Assembly: GCA_002269645.1 (NCBI GenBank)
Contig: NIVC01002298.1
Location: 1-64,000, forward strand
Reading direction: 5' to 3'
Length of the DNA: 64,000 nucleotides
Origin: Macrostomum lignano
Lineage: Eukaryota
Position 1 is the first letter of the stretch; every line of letters begins with the position of its first letter. The translations under genes and the position numbers were made by a program. Shown in pieces: positions 34,360-46,460 of this stretch. Under the pieces are notes generated by a model that worked only from the letters and a program-made list of their open reading frames with translations, was not told the DNA's origin and ran no database searches.

Positions 34360-34940
34360 CTCAAATCCCATCCTCAAATCCAATCCTCAAACCCCAATTC
34401 CCCATCCTCAAATCCCATCCTCAAATCCCATCCTCGAATCCCATCCTCAAATCCCATCCTCGAATCCCATTTTCAAATCCCATCCTCAAATCTCATCTTC
34501 AAATCCCATCCTCAAATCCCATCCTCAAATTCCATCCTTAAATCCTATCCTCAAATCCCATCCTCAAATCCCATCCTCGAATCCCATCCTCGAATCCCAT
34601 CCTCAAATCCCATCCTCGAGTCCCATTTTCAAATCCCATCCTCAAATCCCATCCTCAAATCCCATCCTCGAATCCCATTTTCAAATCCCATCCTCGAGTC
34701 CCATTTTCAAATCCCATCCTCAAATCCCATCCTCAAATCCCATCCTCAAATCCCATTTTCAAATCCCATCCTCAAATCCCATTCTCAAATCCCATCCTCA
34801 AATCCCATTTTCAAATCCCATCCTCAAATCCCATCCTCGAATCCCATTTTCAAATCCCATCCTCAAATCCCAAGATCAAATCCCATCCTCAAATCCCATT
34901 CTCATCACATTTTCAAACCCCATCCTCGAATCCCACCCTG
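34360..34940. repeat. Intron 5 13-bp minisatellite (caaatcccatcct)
   Basis: Direct. Confidence 0.95.
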
Positions 34941-35030
34941 AAATCTCAAATATTTTGGATTGCATTGACATTTCCAACAAAGGTGGGATGAACAAAGATG
35001 ATATTAAACCCCCCTCTCCAACACCCGCAG

Positions 35031-35321
35031 GTGCGGCCGGGCAACCTGGGCATGCTGGAGTCCACCATCCGGCCGCTGAATGAGCTGCTCCGTCGTCTGG
35101 GTCTTCTGGACGCCGCGACCGTAGAGCCGGAGGTGCGGCTGCTGGCTAGTCGCCGCCTCCTGCGGCCGCTGCTGCAGGTGTGCGCGCTGGTCGCCTTCGA
35201 CCGGCCCGTGGCGAACATGCGGCTGCCCCAGAAACCGCAGGAGCCCAAGTACCTCCGCTGGATCCTCACCAGCATCGTGTCCTTGATGGAGCTGTTCAAC
35301 CGCTCTGAGGGCGCTTGGCAT
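35031..35321 (+). CDS. DOCK-like exon 6
   Basis: cgcag acceptor, gtgagt donor, phase 0/0, 97 codons. Confidence 0.8.
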
Positions 35322-35397
35322 GTGAGTCTGAAGTCCCCTGAGAGTCTCTTCAATTCCTATCAGGTGTCTTAGATTATTAAATCCCCAGGACTCTTTA

Positions 35398-35870
35398 AAC
35401 CATCCTCAAATCCCATCCTCAAATCCTATCCTCAAATCCCATCCTCAAATCCCATCCTCAAATCCCATCCTCAAATCCCATCCTCAAATCCCATCCTCAA
35501 ATCCCATTCTCAAATCCCATTCTCAAATCCCATCCTCAAATCCCATTCTCAAATCCCATTCTCAAATCCCATTCTCAAATCCCATTCTCAAATCCCATTC
35601 TCAAATCCCATCCTCAAATCCCATCCTCAAATCCCATCCTCAAATCCTATCCTCAAGTCCCATTCTCAAATCCCATCCTCAAATCCCATCCTCAAATCCC
35701 ATTCTCAAATCCCATTCTCAAATCCCATCCTCAAATCCCATTCTCAAATCCCATTCTCAAATCCCATTCTCAAATCCCATTCTCAAATCCCATCCTCAAA
35801 TCCTATTCTCAAATCCCATCCTCAAATCCCATCCTCAAATCCCAAGATCAAATCCCATCCTCAAATCCCA
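35398..35870. repeat. Intron 6 13-bp minisatellite, same unit as intron 5
   Basis: Direct. Confidence 0.95.
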
Positions 35871-35883
35871 CCCGGATCCGCAG

Positions 35884-36453
35884 GCCTGGCTGGAGGCAGC
35901 CGACGGAGCCTCAGCGGACGCGGCCGCAGCGGCCTGCGCAAGCTGGTCGCCGGTGTTGGGCCTGGAGGTCTGGCCCTCTCTGCCCGCGGCCCGCACCGAC
36001 TTGGTTGATGAGGCGGCGGAGATGCTGCAGTTTCTGTCCGGCATTTTCGATCAGTACGGCGGCCGCTGGGGTGCCTGGAACGGCTTGCTGCTGCTCGAGT
36101 CCGCAGTTACCATGGAGACCATGCGCCGGCTGGCCGCGCTGCTCCCGCTGGAGTCGCTGCCGGGCCTGGCTGGCGCCGCCCTGTCCAGCCTCTTCAGCTT
36201 CATCCAGCAGCCGCAGGCGGTGGCCTCCATGGGCGAGCGGCGACGGCATCCGCGACTGGCGGCGCTGCCTCCCGACCTGCGCCAGCCGGCGCTCGAGACG
36301 GCGCGCTCAATTTGGGCGCGGCTGTCGGCGCCGACGCGCGCAGATTTGGCGCCGAGCCTGGTGCCGAGGCTGCTGCGCTGCGCGGCTGCGGCGAGGCCAA
36401 ATCAGCTGGAGCTGCTGAGCGAGGCGGTGGGCATGCTGGCCGACCTGCTGCAG
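35884..36453 (+). CDS. DOCK-like exon 7
   Basis: DLRQPALETARSIWARL...LVPRLL...MLADLL (cf. DOCK GDMR...W..L..FIP..V..L...FFDMM); phase 0/0. Confidence 0.82.
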
Positions 36454-36489
36454 GTATGGGGCGTGTATGGCCTCAGCTGTAAGAGAGCC

Positions 36490-37690
36490 CCTACAATCTC
36501 ACACATGCAATCTCACCCCTACAATCTCACACATGCAATCTCACCCCTACAATCTCACACATACAATCTCACCCCTACAATCTCACCCATATAATCTCAC
36601 CCCTACAATCTCACCCTTACAATCTCACCCCTACAATCTCACCCCTACAATCTCACCCATACAATCTCACCCATACAATCTCACCCCTAAAATCTCACAC
36701 CTACAATCTCACACCTACAATCTCACCCCTACAATCTCACCCATACAATCTCACACCTACAATCTCATACCTACAATCTCACACCTACAATCTCACCCCT
36801 ACAATCTCACATCTACAATCTCACCCTTACAATCTCACCCCTACAATCTCATCCCTAGAAACTCACCCATACAATCTCACACCTACAAACTCACACCTAT
36901 AATCTCACCCCTAAAATCTCACACCTAAAATCTCACACCTACAATCTCACCCCTACAATCTCACCCATACAATCTCACACCTACAAACTCACACCTATAA
37001 TCTCACCCCTACAATCTCACACCTACAATCTCACCCCTATAATCTCACCCCTACAATCTCACCCCTAAAATCTCACACCTACAATCTCACACCTACAATC
37101 TCACCTCTACAATCTCACATCTACAATCTCACCCTTACAATCTCACCCCTACAATCCCATCCCTAGAATCTCACCCCTACAATCTCACACCTACAATCTC
37201 ATACCTACAATCTCACACCTACAATCTCACCCTTACAATCTCACCCCTACAATCTCATCCCTAGAAACTCACCCATACAATCTCACACCTACAAACTCAC
37301 ACCTATAATCTCACCCCTAAAATCTCACACCTAAAATCTCACACCTACAATCTCACCCCTACAATCTCACCCATACAATCTCACACCTACAAACTCACAC
37401 CTATAATCTCACCCCTACAATCTCACACCTACAATCTCACCCCTATAATCTCACCCCTACAATCTCACCCCTAAAATCTCACACCTACAATCTCACACCT
37501 ACAATCTCACCTCTACAATCTCACATCTACAATCTCACCCTTACAATCTCACCCCTACAATCCCATCCCTAGAATCTCACCCCTACAATCTCACACCTAC
37601 AAACTCACCCCTACAATCTCACCCCTACAATCTCACCCCTTTAATCTCACCCCTAAAATCTCACCCCTACAATCTCACCCCTATAATCTT
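36490..37690. repeat. Intron 7 14-bp minisatellite (tacaatctcacccc)
   Basis: Direct. Confidence 0.95.
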
Positions 37691-37705
37691 AAAAACCACC
37701 CACAG

Positions 37706-38200
37706 ATCCCGGACTCCGCCCACGCCAGCGCCACCCAGCTCACCCTGGCGCTGGACAAGCTGATGGAAGAGCAGCGCGCGGACGAGGGCTTCAGCGCCAG
37801 GTTCCGGCGCCAGCTCGCCGAAGCGCTGGACGAGGCCAACGGCGCCCCAGGCAGCCAGCTGGTGTCCGCGGTGAGCGAGCAGCTCAACCTGCTGCGGGAG
37901 AGCGCGCGGAGGCCTTCCGGTAGCGCCGGCAGCGCTGCTGAGCTGGCCGACGACCCGCAGGCGCTGGCGCTGCACCGGCTGCAGCGGTTCTACCAGGAGG
38001 CTGGGCTGCATCAGCTGGCCTGGCGCTGCTGCCTGCGCCTCTGGCAGCTCCAGCAGCGGGCGGGTCGCCTGATCGAGGCCGCCTGCTGCCTGGCGTCCGT
38101 GGCGCGGAGCCTGGATTGGAGCGACGAGGCGCCACCCGGGGGCGACGGCTTCAAATTGCCGGTGGAGCTGCGGGACTGCACGACTCAGGCACAGCTCAAG
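37706..38200 (+). CDS. DOCK-like exon 8 (start of DHR-2)
   Basis: RCCLRLWQLQQRAGRLIEAACCL...LDWSD...QAQLK (cf. RYL.KL..LH...NY.EAA..L...L.WSD...QLKE). Confidence 0.85.
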
Positions 38201-38202
38201 GT

Positions 38203-38877
38203 AGCAGAGTAGCTGAGTAGCTGAGAAACTGAGTAGCTGAGTAGCTGAGTAACTGAGTAGCTGAGTAACTAAGTAGCAGAGTAGCTGAGTAACTGAGTAG
38301 CTGAGTAACTGAGTAACTGAGTAACTGAGTAGCTGAGTAACTGAGTAGCTGAGTAACTGAGTAACTGAGTAGCAGAGTAGCTGAGTAGCTGAGTAACTGA
38401 GTAGCTGAGTAACCGAGTAGCTGAGTAACCGAGTAGCTGAGTAACTTAGTAGCTGAGTAGCTGAGTAACCGAGTAGCCGAGTAACCGCGTAGCTGAGTAA
38501 CTTAGTAGCTGAGTAACTGAGCAACTGAGTAGCTGAGTAACTGAGTAGCTGAGTAGCTGAATAGCTGAGTAGCTGAGTAGCTGAGTAGCTGAGTAGCTGA
38601 GTAGCTGAGTAGCTGAGTAACTTAGTAGCTGAGTAACTGAGTAGCTGAGTAACTGAGCAGCTGAGTAACTGAGTAGCTGAGTAACTGAGTAGCTGAGTAA
38701 CTGAGTAGCTGAGTAACTGAGTAGCTGAGTAACTGAGTAGCTGAGTAACTGAGTAGCTGAGTAGCTGAGTAAATTAGTAGCTGAGTAACTGAGTAGCTGA
38801 GTAACTAAGTAACTGAGTAGCTAAGTAACTTAGTAGCTGAGTAACTGAGTAGCTGAGTAGCTGAGTCATAACTAACC

Positions 38878-38926
<49 letters not shown>

Positions 38927-38987
38927 GCTAACTAACTAACTGACTAACTAACTAACTAGCTAACTGACTGACTAACTAACTAACTAG

Positions 38988-39046
<59 letters not shown>

Positions 39047-39095
39047 GCTAACTGACTGACTAACTAACTAACTAACTGACTAACTAACTAACTAG

Positions 39096-39134
<39 letters not shown>

Positions 39135-39175
39135 GCTAACTAACTAGCTAACTGACTGACTAACTAACTAACTAG

Positions 39176-39221
<46 letters not shown>

Positions 39222-39250
39222 GACTAACTAACTAACTAGCTAACTGACTG

Positions 39251-39290
<40 letters not shown>

Positions 39291-39339
39291 GCTAACTAAC
39301 TAACTAGCTAACTAACTGACTGACTAACTAACTAACTAG

Positions 39340-39393
<54 letters not shown>

Positions 39394-39447
39394 GACTAAC
39401 TAACTAACTAGCTAACTGACTGACTAACTAACTAACTAGCTAACTAT

Positions 39448-39497
<50 letters not shown>

Positions 39498-39543
39498 GAC
39501 TAACTAACTAACTAGCTAACTAACTGACTAACTAGCTAACTAG

Positions 39544-39618
<75 letters not shown>

Positions 39619-39643
39619 GCTAACTGACTGACTAACTAACTAG

Positions 39644-39710
<67 letters not shown>

Positions 39711-39711
39711 G

Positions 39712-39749
<38 letters not shown>

Positions 39750-39807
39750 GACTAACTAACTAACTAGCTAACTGACTGACTAACTAACTAACTAACTAAC
39801 TAACTAG

Positions 39808-39842
<35 letters not shown>

Positions 39843-39874
39843 GCTAACTAACTAACTAGCTAACTAACTGACTG

Positions 39875-39913
<39 letters not shown>

Positions 39914-39915
39914 CA
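38203..39915. repeat. Intron 8 compound repeat: (ctgagtag/ctgagtaa)n to ~38866, then (TAAC)n
   Basis: Direct. Confidence 0.97.
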
Positions 39916-39954
39916 CTCACTTAAAAAACTAAACATCTCTCCCCAAAACCGCAG

Positions 39955-41270
39955 GAGCGCCTCCTCCAGACGGCCAGCGAGAGATTTCGCGCCGGCGGCC
40001 TCCCGCTGAAGGCCAAGCAGCTGACGGAAGAGCTGTGGCTGCACCTGAAGGACCGGTTGCTGGAGTTCAAGCGGGAGCGAGCGGTGCTGCTGCGCCTGTC
40101 GGGCCTGTGCCAGGAGCTGCAGAGCCCAAATCTGTCGGACTGGCGCTGCCCCGCGCCGGCCTACTACCTGGCGGCGCTCCGCAGTGGCGCCGAGGCCGAG
40201 CTGCCAGCCGGTTTGCGCAGAGCAGCCGGCGCCACAGACGCGCCGCGTCACTTCGTCTGCGCCTTCCCGGACGGTGCGTCGATTGAGGAGGCGGCGGCGC
40301 GGCTCGAGCGCCTCCTGCATGGCGCCATCGTGCTGCCCGCCGCGCTGGCCGGCGCTGAAGACGCCTTTAGCGAAGATCTGGACGAGTCGGACGGCGAGGA
40401 CGAAGAAATCTTTGAAGACCCGGATGCTGCGGACACGCAAAGCTGCGACTCGCCCGCCCTGCGCATCCGCCTGTACCCACTGACCCCGGTGCCCGAACCG
40501 CCCATGCCCGGCCTGGTCGGCGGCGGCAGCGGCTTCGGCGGCTTCTCAGCGCTGTCCGCCATGCGCCATCACCGGTACAATGACGTCCGACGATTTCAGC
40601 GCTTCGACGCGCCGCGAAGAAGACGCCAGCGGCACCGCCTGCTGAGACTCTACGAGACCGAGGAGCCGCTGCCCGCCCCGTGCGCCTCCTGCCCGCCCGC
40701 CTGCTGGAGACCCGCCGCCAGGGCCCGCTGGAGGTCGCCACCGCCAGCGCCGAGGCCACCGTCTGGCAGCTGCGCTGTGCCGCGCGCCAAATCGCCGAAG
40801 CCGCGCCAGCCGACCCGGAGGAGGCCGCCGAGGACTGGCGCCAGGTTGCAGAGCTGTCACGCCGCTCTGTGGCGGAAGTCGACGCCGCCCTCGCTGAGCT
40901 CCGAGCCGCCGAGCTCGTCAATGATGCCGACGAGGCCGCTGACGGCGGAGACGCCGGGGCGGGCAGCTCCGGCCATCGAAGTCGCCTTCTGGGCGAAGCG
41001 CGACAGCTTTTTGAGCAGGCAACCCGCTGCCTGGAGCTGCTGTACCATCGCCGACCTCCGGGCATCGGCACTGGCGGCAGTAATGAAGAAGTCGTGGACA
41101 TCTCTCGCCAGCTGCTCCAGCGGCTGTGCAGCTTCAGGGACTTCAGAGATGTCACTGTGGCGGGCTCTGCGGCCACCGCCTCCTGCCGCGACCGCCTGGA
41201 ACTGCTGGAGTCGGGCTCCGGGCCGCCGATCGTGTCCCGCAATTTCTGCAAGCGGCCGAGCCTCCTCTGA
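39955..41270 (+). CDS. DOCK-like exon 9 (DHR-2 lobes B/C, stop); one -1 frameshift at ~40676-40680
   Basis: PAYYLAAL, RHFV, GPLEVA (cf. SPLENA), LSRRSVAEVDAALAEL (cf. LSM.LNG.IDAAVNGG). One extra C in gccccgtg joins ORFs 40057 and 40680. Confidence 0.82.
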
Positions 41271-41297
41271 CCGGTTGGGGTGTCCTAACTATCCAAC

Positions 41298-41800
41298 ACC
41301 TGACTCTCCGCCTCCTGACTCACCGTCTCCTGACTCACCGGTCTCCCGACTCTCCGTCTCCTGACTCTCCGTCTCCTGACTCTCCGTCTCCTGACTCTCC
41401 GTCTCCTGACTCTCCTCCTCCTGACTCTCCGTCTCCTGACTCTCCGTCTCCTGACTCTCCGTCTCCTGACTCTCCGCCTCCTGACTCTCCGCCTCCTGAC
41501 TCTCCGCCTCCTGACTCTCCGTCTCCTGACTCTCCGTCTCCTGACTCTCCGCCTCCTGACTCTCCGTCTCCTGACTCTCCGTCTCCTGACTCTCCGTCTC
41601 CTGACTCTCCGTCTCCTGACTCACCGGTCTCCTGACTCACCGGTCTCCTGACTCTCCGTCTCCTGACTCTCCGTCTCCTGACTCTCCGTCTCCTGACTCT
41701 CCGTCTCCTGACTATCCACCACCTGACTCTCCGTCTCCTGACTCTCCGTCTCCTGACTCTCCGTCTCCTGACTCTCCGTCTCGTCTCCTGACTCTCCGAC
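41298..41800. repeat. 15-bp minisatellite (ctgactctccgtctc) just 3' of the DOCK stop
   Basis: Direct. Confidence 0.95.
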
Positions 41801-43524
41801 TCTCCGCATCCGTATTCTTCACATTTCTGAGACTAATTTCTATCTTATTTATCTCCAGCTTAAAGCCAGAGTTTCGCCAACTACTGACAGTAGCTTTCAA
41901 GCGAATTGCCGTCAATTTTCCGCTTTTTGAACGCATTTTTAAAAAGCACCAACAGAATCAAGAAAAAACACGCCAGCTTGCTAATTTAACTATGATATGC
42001 CAGGTATTTTCCTCAATTGTGATTTGCTTAGTTTAAACCCATTGCATGCTTGTCGGATTATGCTACTGCCAGGGATATTATGCACGTATTATTGTATACC
42101 ATTCTCATTGAAATAAAATTAAAGTTCCCCCGGTTCAATGTATTCTAAGACCTGCTATTATTTCTGACTTGACTGTATCACAGGTCAAGGAGCAGAATGG
42201 ATTGCTAATCTAGCCAATATCACAGGTCAAGGGGCAGAATGGATTGCTAATCTACATGCAGCCCTAGTAAATGAGAAAGTCCTCAAGCACTGTGATTTTT
42301 TTCTTCGGGAAATTATTTTTCCAAGCGCACAGTGCGATCGCGGCAAAGGTGTCAAATATTTATTGAATCCAAGACTGGCCTCGGCCATCAGAATCAAGCC
42401 ATCATCATTCCAGCAGGCATTTGGGGCGGGCAAAATCGAAAGCAAATAGGCAGAGAAGCGAATTATGAGCAGGCCTAGAGAAGGTATTTTGAAAATCAGA
42501 GTCTCACATTCAGAGGTGAACGTCAAACGGTCAATATTATCATCAGGTAAGTGTAAATTTCTAAGATAGAAAAGTTTTGTAGATTTTTTTAAATCCATTT
42601 TTTAGATTACAGAACGCGATGGAAAGATAAAGATGAAATTAGCGAGAGCAGCGGTTCAGCGAACTACAACCTGCGCGGGTGAGCAGTTGCTCATAGCAAC
42701 CAAAAAACATCGGCCCAAAATATGAAAGCAGACACTTCAATTCGAAGAATGACAAGGATGACAGAGTTGCAAATCAAACACCAATGCTTGGGTCATGGTA
42801 CAATGCAAAATTTTGGCGGAGGTGGATAAAAATTGCCCGGCAAGCAACCGCAGGCTTAACAATAATAACAGGTGCGAATTCGGCAGCCTTTCAAATTCGA
42901 TGATAAATTTGGGAGTTTAAAACTGCAGCCGGCAAGTCAGACTGGCCGACAGAGACGCAGGAAAAATATTTTTTGTGTTTGTAAAATTTTATACGCAAAG
43001 GTATACAGGTGTGTGTGAGCACGGGACAGCTCAAAAGAAGCAGATCTTCTCGTAGGAGATTTCAGCTCGGTAAAAAAACCCACGAAGTTGAAAAAATTTT
43101 ATACGAATATAAACGTTGAAAGCCAAACTATTTGTAATAATAATTTTCTTCTATTGCTACTCATTTAAGTCATTGAAAGTAGAGCATCGCGAAAATTTTT
43201 GTTGAAGTTTTTTGTTAAAGTGGGAGCGGAAATGTTCGCTAGTAAAGTCCGGGTGACTGAGCAGCACGCGCTGAGAACTTGAGTCACCAGTTTTCATATT
43301 ACATGTAATATCTGCATCCGTAACGACCAGGTTCCTACATGTACATGCACCTGTACAATGCAGGTACCTCGAGTACTTTTTATGAACGAACGAACAAAGC
43401 CGAGTTCTGAAACGAAAATTGGTTACATATGCGGCGCGGCTGCGTCACAATGGGGTTCTGAAAGTCGAAATCAACGTCAATCAATTTCAGTTATGCCCTA
43501 CCTTGATTAGCTGGCACCTGTCCA

Positions 43525-44616
43525 TCAGTGGGCGTAGCCGTGCAGGAACGGGCAGCCCGCACCTTTGAAGCACTGCCCAGCAGCCCAGAACTTGCAGGTC
43601 ACTCTGCTCAGGTCGTGCGCGAACTCGCAGTCCTCCTTGCGGCAGCGGCCTTTGAGCAGGAATGAGCAAGCTCGCTTCGACTTGTCGAGGAGCTGCTGCG
43701 GCTGCGGCTGCTGCTGGGCCTCGGGCCTCGGCGGGCAGGGCTCCGGTCGCCACAGCAGCCAGCGGATCCGGTCCAGCGGGCCCCAGTAGTCCATGGCCTC
43801 CAGCACCGCCTCCTGCGGCATGCGGAACAACCCGGTGGCCAGGAAGGCCGACGGCTGCTTCTGCGGCTGCCGCGGATCCGCCGATGCCGCCGACGCTGAG
43901 CTTCCTGACGAGGACGCCTCGTTGTCGGCGTAGTCTCCGTCCTCCTCCTCCTCCAGACTGTCGGTGGAGTCAAAAAAGTACATCACCGGCGGGGACTCGC
44001 CGCGGTCCGCGGCCTCCCAGAACGCCTCGTCGTCATCATAGTCGGAGTCTTCGTCAGCTCCGTCCGTCGGCACGCGGAAGCTGGTAGCCAGAGCCGAGGC
44101 GCTGAGCAGCCCGAGGACTTCAGCCGACTCGCTCGCCTCCTCCGCTGCTCCGGCCGACTCCGCCTGCACCTCCAGGTTGAAGGCGAGCAGCAGCTGGTCC
44201 ACCATCTGCAGGATCTCGGAGCCGTCGCTGGAGGCCGAGCTCTCCAGGTCGTCATCGTCGTACGGTCCAGGCCGGTCCAGCGGCGCCAACGGCAGCGGGC
44301 GAGTCTCCGCGGCGGCGCCCTCCAGGAAGCCCTCATCAGAGGGGATGACGGAGACCTCGGCGTAGCGACCGCCTCCGCCGAAGTCGCCGAGGTGGGTGAA
44401 GCCGCCGCCAGCGAATCCAGAGCAGCCGAAGCCCCCGCCGCCGTTGCCGCCACCGGCCCACCAGCCGCCGCCGCCGAAGTCTTCCACCGGCGAGTTGGAC
44501 ATCGCTGAGTCCCAGGAGTCGGCGGCGGCTGCGGCCGCGTTGAGGAAGGCAGCCGCCTGAGCAACTTTCCGGCAGCTGAGCTGCTCTGAAAATTCTGTCC
44601 CGGCGCTCAAATCCAT
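43525..44616 (-). CDS. Tandem CCCH zinc-finger protein with long acidic/Gly-rich low-complexity N-terminus, single coding exon
   Basis: CSFLLKGRCRKEDCEFAH and CKFWAAGQCFKGAGCPFLH. A possible 5'UTR intron runs 45062-44671 (cag|gtaagt ... tttttattag). Confidence 0.85.
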   Translation of the reverse strand: MDLSAGTEFSEQLSCRKVAQAAAFLNAAAAAADSWDSAMSNSPVEDFGGGGWWAGGGNGGGGFGCSGFAGGGFTHLGDFGGGGRYAEVSVIPSDEGFLEGAAAETRPLPLAPLDRPGPYDDDDLESSASSDGSEILQMVDQLLLAFNLEVQAESAGAAEEASESAEVLGLLSASALATSFRVPTDGADEDSDYDDDEAFWEAADRGESPPVMYFFDSTDSLEEEEDGDYADNEASSSGSSASAASADPRQPQKQPSAFLATGLFRMPQEAVLEAMDYWGPLDRIRWLLWRPEPCPPRPEAQQQPQPQQLLDKSKRACSFLLKGRCRKEDCEFAHDLSRVTCKFWAAGQCFKGAGCPFLHGYAH

Positions 44617-45310
44617 GCCGCTGGCTGTGGCTCAGAGCTGATTAGTGAACTCAAGTCTGCCCGCACTCAGCTAATAAAAAAGCACGTTGATCAGTTTAAT
44701 TAGCCATGTTTTTATTATGCCTGAGGACGCCCACCCCACCTCCGCCAGGCTGATTTCGCCCGCCACCCCATCAGCGGCCCCAAGCCGTAGGTAAATCTCA
44801 ACCTGCTATTCACACCTCTAAGGTGAGTTGTCTAACATCAGGTGGGGGGGTCAGCGCTTAATTATCGACCGTCTGGTTGAGAAATCAGAGGTAGGTGTCC
44901 CCCTGCCGAGAGGAGCCCCCTGCCGAGGGTTGATCTGGGTTTTTGGCCCAATTGTCGGCCACCTTTGATGTACCTGGCTTTTCACGTGTCTCGTAGGCGC
45001 AATTATTGATTCTCTTCCCGTGTGCACGTAATTAATTCCGATCGATAAATCAATTAACTTACCTGAGCGCCGGGCTGAGGTCTGTGTACGGTTGGCCCAA
45101 AACAATACGGTAATTACTGGCTGCATCTTACTGCTTTAAGTAGCCTATTACGAGTTGCAGTGTGTGAGAATCCGCCTGCCCAACTTGCCTGCCTTAAACC
45201 GCATTTAATCAATACAAATCAAATTCATCTGGCGATCTGGCGGCTTTGTGCGCAAAAATTGGTCGTAGGAATTCACAGCCGTGAAGGCCAACCCTCAAGA
45301 CACAGAGTGT

Positions 45311-45803
45311 ACGTGCCTGACAATGGTAAGTAGGGCCGCTGTACTGGCGGGGACATGCCTGACAATGGTAAGTCAGGGCCGCTGTACTGGCGGGGACATG
45401 CCTGACAATGGTAAGTCAGGGCCGCTGTACTGGCGGGGACATGCCTGACAATGGTAAGTCAGGGCCGCTGTACTGGCGGGGACATGCCTGACAATGGTAA
45501 GTCAGGGCCGCTGTACTGGCGGGGACATGCCTGACAATGGTAAGTAGGGCCGCTGTACTGGCGGGGACATGACTGACAATGGTAAGTAGGGCCGCTGTAC
45601 TGGCGGGGACATGACTGACAATGGTAAGTCAGGGCCGCTGTACTGGCGGGGACATGCCTGACAATGGTAAGTCACGCTGTACTGGCGGGGACATGCCTGA
45701 CAATGGTAAGTCACGCTGTACTGGCGGGGACATGCCTGACAATGGTAAGTCAGGGCCGCTGTAGTGGCGGGGACATGCCTGACAATGGTAAGTAGGGCCG
45801 CTG
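45311..45803 (+). repeat. 43-bp satellite x~11-12 derived from the SINE central region
   Basis: Unit acatgcctgacaatggtaagtcagggccgctgtac... matches SINE acatgcctaacg...aagttagggccgctgtac. Upstream 45280-45310 also matches the SINE. Confidence 0.85.
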
Positions 45804-45919
45804 AGTTGCCGCAGCGCTGATGTTGTGCGACGATGGCGTTGCGCCAGGGTGCCTGCAGCCCTCCTGCAATTATTATTATATTACAAATATTATTATTTCA
45901 ATTATTTATTTTATTAGGT

Positions 45920-46460
45920 GTCTCTCTGGTCTCACATTCCTCTCATCCATCTCAATTCACTCTCACATCCCTCTCACGCCCCTCTCACAAACTCTCAATC
46001 CTTTCTGACATCTATCTCACATCCCTCTCACATCCCTCTCACATCCCTCTCACATCCCTCTCGCATCCTTTTCACATCCCTCTCACATCCTTTTCACATC
46101 CCTCTCACATCCTTTTCACATCCCTCTCCCATCCCTCTAACATCCCTCTCACATCCCTCTCACATCCTTCTCACATCCCTCTCACATCCTTCTCACATCC
46201 TTTTAACATCCCTCTCACATCCCTCTTACATCCTTTTCACATCCCTCTCACATCCCTCTCACATCCTTCTCACATCCCTCTCACATCCTTTTCACATCCC
46301 TCTCACATCCTTCTCACACCCCCTATCACAACCCTCAATCCTTCCCACATCCCTCTCACATCCTTCTCACCCCCTCTCACATCTCTCTCACATCCCTCTC
46401 ACATCCCTCTCACATCCCTCTGACATCTCTCTCACATCCCTCTCATATCCATCCCACACT
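45920..46460. repeat. 11-bp repeat (ctctcacatcc)
   Basis: Direct. Confidence 0.9.

Noticed and set aside
42227-42598. 123-aa minus-strand ORF
   Set aside because: AT-rich, no domain, composition unlike the true exons here.
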